From a virus, in the IMG/VR virus record IMGVR_UViG_3300045125_000169, positions 1 through 24,839 of that record: a stretch of DNA of 24,839 nt; one strand, given 5' to 3'. Shown one piece after another: positions 8,645-18,417 of the stretch. Every line of letters starts with the position of its first letter. Positions within the stretch are counted from its first letter, which is position 1. The notes beneath the pieces were generated by a model, which made no database searches, was not told where the DNA came from, and worked only from the letters and a program-made list of their open reading frames with translations. The position numbers were made by a program, and so were the translations under genes.

Positions 8645-11600
8645 ATGTCGAAAATTCTGAATCAACAGCTTTATTCTAGGACGGTGTACGGTAGCGAGAA
8701 CGCTAACGGTACTCTCCGATTGGAAGCCACATCGAGTGCGAACAAAGGGACTGTTCAAGTTGTCAGTGCTGCCCTTGATTTAATCATCGCCTCCTTCACG
8801 GCTCGTGTGTCGCACTCAATTACGGCCAACAGAGACTATACTCTCCCAGACGTTTCGGGTGAAATTTTAGTTTCTGGTCGTTTTCTTTCGACAGGAGATA
8901 TGTTTTACGGGGGCACAACTCCCGGCACCGCTGAAGTGGTATATGGGACACCTGGGGGAGCTATGACTAGCGACCTCGCAGGTGTTCCCACCTGGGCGAC
9001 TGGTGCTCCTGGTCAAGTGCTGACGATAGACCCAGCCACGCTACAACCGATTTTCTTGGACGTTCCCGACGACCCTTCGATCGCTTCGGGAGCTTCCAAC
9101 AGTTTACCCATCTATATTGGTGAGAATAATAACCTTGCTCCCCTCACGACGGTAGGTAACCGCGTTTTCTTGTCTCCCAGTGGCACACCAGCCTGGGACT
9201 ATTTAACCGCAACCTATCTCAAAGCCAGTACCAATACGGCTCTCGATGTCGGGACTCCAGGGTATCTTTTGACCGCAAGCGGGGAAGGGGGCTTCGTTTG
9301 GCAGAAGCCAAACCCCTCTTGGATTCACCCAGGCCCCCAGTTCGCAATCCCTTTCTATTCAAATAATGGTATTGATACCGTTGTCTCCGCTTCAAACTTT
9401 TTTACAACCACACCATCCCAAAGGTCGATCGAGCTTCGCAACAACGGCAAGCTGCGTTTTTATGAAGCCTCGCTCAATGGGTCTAACTACCTAGAGTTTC
9501 GCGCCCCTGCTTCGATCGGTCCAGACACCGTTTGGATTTTACCGAATGCGGATGGGTCTGCGGGCTCGCAACTGCAAACCGATGGGGCTGGAAACCTTGC
9601 CTTTGTCGATAACGGGTCGGTAGCTTACGCTCAAGCCAACCAGCTTGCCTACTATGCGGTAACTGGAAACGATGTCGTTGGTTTGAGCACCACGCCCAGT
9701 CGCATTATGCTCTCGACATCCTCGGCGGCTCTTTCTTGGAGTCTTTTGAGCGCACAATATCTTTCGACCGCAGGTGGTTCTGCGCTAAGTAATGGTCTTC
9801 TGAACCAAGTGCTGGTTTCTAACGCAGATGGGTCTTTCTCCTGGGTCACGGCTACCGATCTCACGGGGGAAGTGAAGACCGGGAATGAAAACTATCTGGC
9901 CTTCTACCCTGCAACAGGTCGAGCCGTTCAAGGCAACACCTTTTAAAGATTGACCCGCTTGGCAAAAAACTAATTCTTGACCCCACGGCTCTTCTTTCGT
10001 TTGCAGCAGTGGGGGTGGGGCGGTGTCTTTGGCCGCTAGGGCGAATGCCAACGTCGCCTTTACGCTTCCTGAGGTTGACGGACTTTTGGGCCATGCGGTT
10101 GTCACCGATGGGTCTGGCAATCTCTCCCTGACGGAAGTGGGCCGTGGTAATGTCGTAGCGTCCACTGTAAGCCGAAGCCTTGCCTTTTACACAGGTGTGG
10201 TGACGCCAGGGGATTTGGGCAAGTCCAATCCTTCGCCAATATTCAAGACCGGGTTTTACTGACAAACCCTGACAATGAAATTGAATGGCGGCTCTTAGAG
10301 CCTAAGCATCTTGACTCCACGGGGGCAGCAGACCCCACTAAGCTCTTAGGCACAGATGCTTCAGGCTTTGCGTGGATTGATCCGATCGATCTGACAGGTA
10401 AAGTGCGCGAGGGGCAAGCAACCTTTCTTGCCTACTACCCTGAAGACGGTCATGAAGTGGAATCCTCATCGTTTATAAAAATTGATGACGAGGGACACAC
10501 ACTCGATCTTTTGGCAAATGGCACGGCTCGTTTATTCGATTCCACCGATGAAAAATTCGTCGGGTTTAAATCACCGTCAAATCTTGCCCTCTCGACGACC
10601 TATACCGTTCCCGAAGTGGACGGTTATTCGGGGGATGTGCTTATCACCGATGGTAGCGGCAATTTACATTTTAGAACTTTAGAAACAGACTTAATTGGTC
10701 CTCCTGAGGACGGTACATACACCGATGGCTTATTTACAGACTTTACGAACACCACGAAAATTGGCGTTGTCGTCGATAGGTTCAATGAAGTTTTGAAAGC
10801 TCTAGCCCCACCTCCAGCCTCGAATCTGTCAAAAATATCTTTTTCGACGGCAACCGGAGCACCTGGGAAGTTGTCGTTCGGGACCACCAATGTCATCTCT
10901 GGCTATTCCAACGTCGGGACGGACCTTGGTGCAACGGCCATCAATGTCAACGGCCTTTTTGGGACGGGCTCGCAGCTTAAGGGTATTTATGCACCGATCA
11001 GCATCTCTGGTGTTGTCGCAGGTGGTGCCCCTGCCCATGCCTATGCCTATCCAGAGGCCGCTTTTGGTGATGGGGACAAGGGAACTCTACAACTGGAGGT
11101 CAACGGCACGGTAGTTCATACCGTAGACCTCACAAGTTTTGTGTCTGGTTCCTCTGGGAATAGCAACGGATCAGGGTTTTTCCTGTCTGCTCCTCAAGCG
11201 GTGACATTTCAAGATGGGACTCCTCTTGACCTTTTCAAATATCGTACTGGCCTCTGGTCCGTGTCTGTGTTGGACCAAAGAAATGGTTGGAACTACATTC
11301 GAGTGACTCATCAGGTTTACCCAACTGTCAGTCGAACAACCAACTACTTTGAATGGGTGAATGACGCGGACACAACACCCGTTAGTTTCAGTTCGGCAAC
11401 CCTTCGCAGCTTGACGTTGACGGGCAGTCGCTACCTGTCGGGTGTACGGTATTACACTGGTGGTACGGCTCTATACGATATTTCCTTCTCCAACGCTTAC
11501 CGAGACACTTATAGTCCATCGTCGTCGGCGATCTCCCATCCTACCTCGATTAACTGTAGTCTTGCGAGCGAGCCACTGCCAAGTACAACAAACGAAACCA

Positions 11601-12438
11601 AAGTCGTATCGATTGCTGGAAAACTGATAAACATCTCCCCCGAAGCAGACAACCGCATCCTTGGTGGTGACATAGCCGTTTCCACGCAGGTGTTGAGGAC
11701 CGTACAAGGTGCGGCCACGAGCGATATTGCCTACGCGGGATGGAAGATTCTCCTAGACAGTAACACTCCTAGTGCGACTGCTTTAGTCGAAGATTTTGAA
11801 GGTGAAGCCTACAGGCAGCAATCCTCTTTGGATCTTACGGCTTTGGGTTATAGCTCTTCACCGAATAGTGGTCCTGCAAATTGGGACTCTACCGCACCGC
11901 TTACCGATGGTCTTCTCGTCTATGATGGAACGCTTCGCTATCCCTTGCAGGGGCTTTCGGCTGGGGACTTCAGAAACAAGCCTGATGGCAATTTGAATGG
12001 GCCGACTTCCCCAGGTGGTTACAGTGGCAACCCCAATTATGGGTCGATGACAGGGAAAAAGTTTATCTAAGATACTTCCATACAGGCGATGCAAAGCAGA
12101 ACTTTATTCTAAATGTGACCTGTACGGACACAACCTTTGTTGCGGCCTCGAATCGTGGCTCTCTGATAGGCAATAACGTGACTCTGGAAATTGTTGCTCC
12201 CAACATCACAGTCAATGATTCTAACATCGTAGAATGGAAGGATTGTGTAACACCCTATACAATCGATGCGGATATTGGTGCTTATGCCGCAACGTATGGT
12301 GAGGTCATCCCGACAAATTGGGGGATCACTCTTGGAACGAAATCTACGGCCAATTCTTCTTATGTAGTCGTCATTCGCATCACGGCCCCTGCTACCTGGA
12401 CTGGAAACATCAGTAACATAACCTTGAGCCCCATTTGA
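8645..12438 (+). CDS. Large fibre-like virion protein A (~1,260 aa), frameshifted at ~9943, ~10015, ~10200 and 12056-12060
   Basis: G/S/T-rich. Repeated LA(Y/F)Y units and [LV]PxxDGxxGxxxxTDG[SA]GNL units typical of phage fibre shafts. C-terminal domain X begins IGPPEDGTYTDGLFTDF. Fragments rejoined using internal repeats and paralog B. Confidence 0.75.
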
Positions 12439-12990
12439 TTTGAGGTCATAAATGTCCTTTCTAACAACGACTCTAGCTAAGGCAGCGTTTAAAAAATCGT
12501 TGGGTAAGGCGCACACCTCTAATGAGAAAGACCTTGCTAACGAGGCGTTACCGTCGTCTTTCACCTTAAGTTCTAAGGATATTTTTGCCGACGATATTCC
12601 CAAGCTCCCTTCTATCGCAGTCAGCCAGGGCATCGCGTTAGAGTGTAAAGACACCTATCCGTTGAACCTATCTTTGGACGAGACCTCAAACGGTAACGCC
12701 TACTTTGTCGTTGTTCCTGATGATCCTGCTCATCCTTTGAAAACAAAAGACAATCCCCTGACGGGTCTAAAATACAAAACAGGTGATCGGGTCACCCGCA
12801 TTATTCCTCAATTTTACGGTGATCGCTATCGCCCTGTGCTGAAAAAAAGTGGTTTTGAAATTCCACCTTTGGCTTCTGAAAATTGGTTTCTTGATTCGTT
12901 CGCTGGTGTTTTGAACAGCGAGGTGGATCTCAACCTCGGGACTGTTGGGACCCTGGAGTGCTATGTCTATATCGGGACCATGCTCAATAA
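10694..12990 (+). repeat. Copy 1 of a diverged ~2.3-kb duplication (domain X + gene boundary + domain Y)
   Basis: Landmarks recur at a ~2,600-nt offset: IGP 10694/13295, A-run 12056/14656, start codons 12452/15050, identical GGTGATCGGGTCACCCGCAT at 12782/15381. Confidence 0.9.
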
Positions 12991-15037
12991 TGCGGTCAAC
13001 GACATCATTCTAGGTGGAGGAAGCCCAGGAGATCTTGCAGTATATCACGCCGACCGCCAAGTGGGGCCTGAGCACAACGTCACCTATACATCAGTATCCT
13101 CTGCTTCAAAACTCAGTCTAAGAAATAATACAGCACTTACGTTTCTGCCCACATCATCGAGTCTCAGCGTAAGTCTGAACGTCAGTACGTCTCTATCGAA
13201 TAATGTAGCTTTTGTTCTCCCAACGTCGGACGGTGACTCTGGGTCTGTTCTGAAAACGGATGGTAGCGGTCAACTCTATTTTGGTTCGATGAGCATCGGC
13301 CCCGCAGAAGATGGTTCCTACACAGATGGGCTTTTCACCGATATCACCTCAGATACAGGGATAGGTACGGTAGTTGACCGCTTTAATGAAGTCCTGAAAG
13401 CCTTAGCCCCACCCCTGCGTCGTCTCTCTCGGCTATCACCGATTTCAAACGCTGCTGGAGCTTCGGCCAAATTATCTTTCGGATCAACCAACACGATCGC
13501 TGGATATGCCAACGTCGGTGCGGATGCAGGTCAAAGCTCCCTAGATATCAATGCGAACATTCCCTGCATCAGGCCAAAGGCGCGGTATTTACACTCGCCA
13601 GACTCATTTCGGGAGTTGTCGCAGGGGGAGTTGCGGCTCACTCGTATTCATACCCGGCAAACGCTTTTGGCGATGCCGACCAGGGAACTTTGCAACTTGA
13701 AATTAACGGAAGCCTTGCTCACAGTGTCAACCTAGCAACTTTCACATCAGGTTCCTCACTCGCGGCTTCAGGTTCGGGTTTCACGTTGAGTGCTGCGACC
13801 TCGGTTAAATTTCAGGACGGCACGTCTTTAGACCTTTTAAATATCGTACAGGAACATGGACCATCAGTGGGTCTAGTCAAAGGGCTGGTTGGAACTATGC
13901 CCGCGTCAAACATATTATCGGCACCAATGTAAGAACCACAAATTATTTTGAATGGATTATCGACGATGAGACCACTGCGACATCGTTCACGGGTGCCTCT
14001 CTTACTAACTTGACTTTGAGTGGTAGCCGCTATCTCAGCGGTGTGCGGTATTATACTGCGGGCTCGGCTCAATACAGTGTGACGATTCAAAACGCTTACC
14101 GAAACACGTATTCGACTTCCTCGACCGCGATCTCTCATACAGGCACAAATTGTACGCTATCGGCCCAAGCCTTGCCCAACATGGCTTTGGAAAGTGATAC
14201 CGTTCCGATTGTGAATAAAACGGCGACGATCTCGCCTTCGTCTAATAATCAGGATTCTTGGGGCGGATCTTTCGGTTTCGACTACGGTGCAGCGATCGAT
14301 TCAAGCGGCAGTCACCAGTAGCCTTGCGACAGGTGGATGGCGCGATCTTATTGGACGCCAAATACCACCAGTGCCACCGATCTTTATGAGGATTTTAAAG
14401 GCGAAGGTTATCGGCAACAATCCTCGTTGTCGCTATCTAGCCTTTCTTACGGTTCGGGAGCGAACAACGGCCCTGCGAACTGGGATTCGACCCAGGCTCT
14501 CACCGATGGTCTTCTGATCTATGCGGGCGGTTTGCGCTACCCGAGAACAGGTCTGAATAACGGTAATTTCAAACGGGTGGATGAGGGCAACACCTTCGGC
14601 CCGACTAACCCTGGGGGTTATGCCGGAAACCCAGACTATTCAACCGTTACAGGCGAAAAACCTATCTGAGGTATTTCTACACCACAACTCCCAGGCAGAA
14701 CTTTGTCTTGAATGTGACGTCCTCCTCGACAAATTTTGTCGCGTCATCCAACCGTGGTTCTTTATCGTCGAACAACGTCACCTTAGAAATCCTGGCCCCA
14801 GGTATTACACTCGATGGAAGCGGAAATGTAGTTTGGAAGGATTGTGTCACCGCGTATACCACGGATGCTGCCGTGGGTGCCTATGCCGCAACCTTTGGTA
14901 ATACCATTCCGACAAACTGGGGTCTTACCTTGGGCACCAAATCAACAGCGAACTCTGGGTTTGCTATCGTCTTGCGCATCACGGCCCCTGCCTCTTGGAC
15001 GGGGAATATCAGCGCCCTCACATTGACACTGCTCTAA
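12452..15037 (+). CDS. Fibre-like virion protein B (~860 aa): domain Y + one shaft unit + domain X'; multiple frameshifts
   Basis: SD GAGGT, N-terminus MSFLTTTLAKAAFKKSLGKAHTSN. Fragments at 13690, 14010, 14287, 14337 and 14708 align collinearly with domain X of protein A (e.g. SRYLSGVRYY, GPANWDST, TNWGxTLGTKSTANS). Confidence 0.75.
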
Positions 15038-15590
15038 GGAGTCTCTGTTATGGCTTTTAGTGTAACGACGTTGGCAAAAGCAGCTTTTAAAAAGGCTTTC
15101 GGAAAAGCTCATACGTCCAATAGTAAAGAGATTGGTAACGAGTCGATTCCCTCGTCCTTGCCCTTAGGGACCAAGGATATTTTTGGGCAAAACATTGCGC
15201 AAGATCCCAGTAGTGCCGTGGCACAAGGGGTCGCAGCTTGATTGTCGTGGGGCCAACGGTCTCAGTCTGACACTAGACGCGACCTCGACGGGGAAAGCCT
15301 ATTTTGCCGTAGTCCCATCGTCGCCAACGCATCCTCTCAAAGGACTATATCAACCCGACCACCGGAAAAAATATCAAACGGGTGATCGGGTCACCCGCAT
15401 CATCCCGCAGACCTTCGGTGATGATTATCGTCCCATCATCCTTAAAGGGGCGACGGAAGTTACACCTTCGCCATAGAAAATTGGGTTTTTGACACGGTAG
15501 CTGGTGTTTTGACCAGCGAAGTTGATCTTAACTTAGGCGCTACTGGGAAAGTAGAGTGTTACGTTTTTGTCGGGCAAATGCTCAACGAAT
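13295..15590 (+). repeat. Copy 2 of the duplication (domain X' + gene boundary + domain Y')
   Basis: Collinear with 10694-12990. Ends at ECYVFVGQMLN, matching ECYVYIGTMLN in copy 1. Confidence 0.9.
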
Positions 15591-16686
15591 CGATTGGCAA
15601 GCAAGGGGCTGTTGCCTTAAGCGAAGGTGCCAAAACGGTCACCGTTATTTTTGATGAACCCTTCGATCAAACTCCTGGTGTGGTCCAGGTTCAATGGTGC
15701 TTTGCCCCGACTCTGACAACTCCGGGAATTATTCCAACGGTCACCGTCGATCAAATTACCCGCGAGGGTTTTGTGGCGCGGTGGAGTCATGCCGTTGGCT
15801 TAGGCTATATCATTCGCTGGGAGGCGGCTGTTTTAGCAGGAGATGACTTAGACACCATCGCTCTCAAAGCCTTTTTGTCTCCTAAAGACTATGGAGCACA
15901 GATCTTGGCAGTGCCTCTCGACGTTCTTACCAGTGCCGTGTCGCCAACGTCTTTAGGTTACACGGCATCCTATGTCCATAAGTCATTCGTCTAAAACCCA
16001 CGGTTATTTTGCAGGTGGATTGAATACCTCTTCTGGGCCCAAAATTGGATAGTATTCAGAAATTTTCTTATAGCACAGAGTCGATATCGTCTATGTCCAA
16101 CACTTTGCCAACAGCCAGGGCTAAAGGTGCGTCTACGGGCTATCGCTTGAAAACCTTTATCGCAGGCGGTCAAACGAGCAATCCTTCCGACTTAGGTATT
16201 GTATCTTTTTCATCTTCTACTGACAGTGCTCAAAACCTTTCTGTTAGTTTGCCTTCAGCTTCGGTTGCTAAAGGTTCTAGTAATGATTATGGCAGTGGTT
16301 ATGTTGCTTTAAATACAGGATCGACTTCCGTGATTGACTTTATGAGCGAAACTGTCAGCGTTGGTCCTAATTTAGGTTTCACTGATGTCTCTACTGGTTG
16401 CAACGACACCAGTTCGGGAGTAGCCTATTTCGGAAGAGACACTACAAATACCGTTACAACTTTGGAATATGCCACGAGCACCGTCTCGGAATTGGCATCC
16501 TCACTGACAGCTTCTTCCGTAGGTCAAAGCTGTAGTTTTAACAGTCTCACCCAAGGTTTTTTTGTAGGGTCTGAAGGCGTAGATCAACTTGATTTTTCAA
16601 CAGGCACGATCACCGCAGTGAGCTTAGGTTTAAGTGCAGCAAATTCGGCTGAATGTACCGCAGTCCAATCACAAGGTCTACTCTAA
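15050..16686 (+). CDS. Fibre-like protein C (~545 aa): domain Y' + H-type-lectin/gp53-like domain + beta-propeller-like repeats; multiple frameshifts
   Basis: SD AAGGAG, N-terminus MAFSVTTLAKAAFKKAFGKAHTSN, paralogous to B. Lectin-like pattern VTVIFDEPFDQTP..ITREGF..IRWEA. C-terminal repeats HGYFAGG..IQKFSYSTES, TFIAGG, GVAYFG, QGFFVG..LDFSTGT. Confidence 0.65.
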
Positions 16687-17291
16687 TGCTCGATATTGAT
16701 GATCTCATCGCAAAGCTCGATCAGTATAAGCCTCTGCAAACTTATGCCTTTGGTCATACTCCCGTGCAGATTACCCATTTCAAGACGATGCAGCAAAATG
16801 GGTCCGAACTCTTTGAGTATTGGCACCATGTCCTACAGCTTCGCACTCTGCGTGATTCGTTAGAGGAGATGGAACTGCAAAGAGATGATATCCAGCATGA
16901 GATCACGGTCTGCGAAAAAATATGGCCTTTTTGGAACTTTTCAGAAAGGCAACGAAAGATTCCTCGTTTAATATTTCAGCTTCGCAAGATCAACCGCACT
17001 TTAGTTGAGAAAGCTAGGGAAGCTAAGACTCATTACGATATTTTGAAAACCCAATACAGTAAGTTTGAAGATTTGCGAGAAGAAGAGATTTTAGAGCAAG
17101 ACAAAGAATACTGGGCTCATCGCTTAGGTAAGCAACTTGCCACAAGTCGGATGAGCCGAGCTTTAGGTGTTGGCGAAGGCGAGCTTGCAGCAGTGTTATC
17201 GCTCCCAAAAGAAGAGCAGCAAAAGATATTACAATCCATGGCTCATTCAATAGAAGACAGTATGCTTTTACCCTCTAATAAGAGTGTATAG
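16686..17291 (+). CDS. Coiled-coil protein, putative fibre-assembly/partner protein
   Basis: TAATG overlap with protein C puts the start at 16686. Motifs GHTPVQITHF and EYWAHRLGKQ..GEGELAAVLSLP resemble, from recollection, a family found beside propeller-repeat genes in large myophages. Function is inferred. Confidence 0.6.
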   Translation: MLDIDDLIAKLDQYKPLQTYAFGHTPVQITHFKTMQQNGSELFEYWHHVLQLRTLRDSLEEMELQRDDIQHEITVCEKIWPFWNFSERQRKIPRLIFQLRKINRTLVEKAREAKTHYDILKTQYSKFEDLREEEILEQDKEYWAHRLGKQLATSRMSRALGVGEGELAAVLSLPKEEQQKILQSMAHSIEDSMLLPSNKSV

Positions 17292-17294
17292 ATT

Positions 17295-18317
17295 TTGAGT
17301 AAAAAGGCCACACCTCTTGGTTATATCAAAGCAACGGACCCACAAACCACACGGGAAGCGTTTTCCGATTGGCGTGTCGCAGACCGCGCTTTAAGCATTT
17401 CCAAATCAGCGATCCAAAACTATCTATGGTCGTTCTTGTCTCCCGATGGGCCTTATCGAAAATTTATTACCTCGTCGATGTCTCCGGTAGGGATTCAGTT
17501 TGTTACGGATCTATCCTATGACGAAGAGATGCAAGCGAACCCCAATCAAAGAAAGGTGTATCTCGCACGTTTCTTTGCTGAGAACACCGGGCGTCTGCCT
17601 TCCATTTTGATTATCGATACGGGTGTCGAATATCAAGATATGGGTGTTGCAGACTTGGTGGGTTCGTCGGTTCGAGACGGTCGGTGGGAAGGAGAGCTTC
17701 TTTTCTTTCTCAAAATCAATCTCTCGATCATGGTCGCGACGACATCGGAAGAGGACACTGGGATTTTATCGTCTCTTGTTCTTGCGATCTTGGGTCCGAT
17801 GTCTAACGCTCTCAATAACTACATCATTCGGGAACCAGGATCGAAATGGGAGATTAGATTACCTTTAGCTGCGCTGCATATTGGGCAAGCATCGAATATC
17901 CCTCTTGAGGGTGACAATAAAACAACGATTTGGACGCGATCCCTAGATTTTACGATTGATTTCGAGTCTTTTGTGACTTTAGTCCAGGATATGCCCACGG
18001 TAAACGTGGATGCAAACCTCGATCTTGAACTCATACAAAAACCTTTTTTTATGAACTTTGCTGAAAATCAAAATATCCCCCTTGGGACACCGTATCAGAT
18101 TTTGGTCCATAACATGCGCAAGGACTATTACCTTGCAGTATCAAATCCTGATATCGCACTTGTGACCATGGACCCGCCCTACATCCTGCAACCTCGACGT
18201 CAAGGAACAGCTTTACTGCTCGTGATGGATCGTCGTGGTCCCAAAGGGAGGGGTACTGACTTAGAGCCCGTGAACGAAAGTCTAGTGATGGATATCCCGT
18301 TTCGAGTAACAATATAG
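17295..18317 (+). CDS. Putative tail-completion/neck protein with C-terminal Ig-like domain
   Basis: Lies immediately before the sheath gene. RLPSILI motif and alternating beta-strands. C-terminal VSNPDIALV..PRRQGTALLLV resembles a Big_2 pattern. TTG start is uncertain. Confidence 0.55.
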   Translation: MSKKATPLGYIKATDPQTTREAFSDWRVADRALSISKSAIQNYLWSFLSPDGPYRKFITSSMSPVGIQFVTDLSYDEEMQANPNQRKVYLARFFAENTGRLPSILIIDTGVEYQDMGVADLVGSSVRDGRWEGELLFFLKINLSIMVATTSEEDTGILSSLVLAILGPMSNALNNYIIREPGSKWEIRLPLAALHIGQASNIPLEGDNKTTIWTRSLDFTIDFESFVTLVQDMPTVNVDANLDLELIQKPFFMNFAENQNIPLGTPYQILVHNMRKDYYLAVSNPDIALVTMDPPYILQPRRQGTALLLVMDRRGPKGRGTDLEPVNESLVMDIPFRVTI

Positions 18318-18417
18318 GTCATCAAATAATGCTACTAAGATTTAATCGTTGGATTTCACCAACACGGGCTTCTAATTGAACTTTCACTCTATATAGAACA
18401 CTGAGAGGACTCGCAAC

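Noticed and set aside
12452-12490. MSFLTTTLA / MAFSVTTLA starts as members of the putative capsid-targeting leader
   Set aside because: They are part of conserved domain Y and lack the charged residues of the other leaders, so the similarity is probably coincidental.
10694-15590. Diversity-generating retroelement TR/VR pair
   Set aside because: The repeat is kilobases long, both copies are coding, differences are largely synonymous rather than adenine-specific, and no reverse transcriptase is present.
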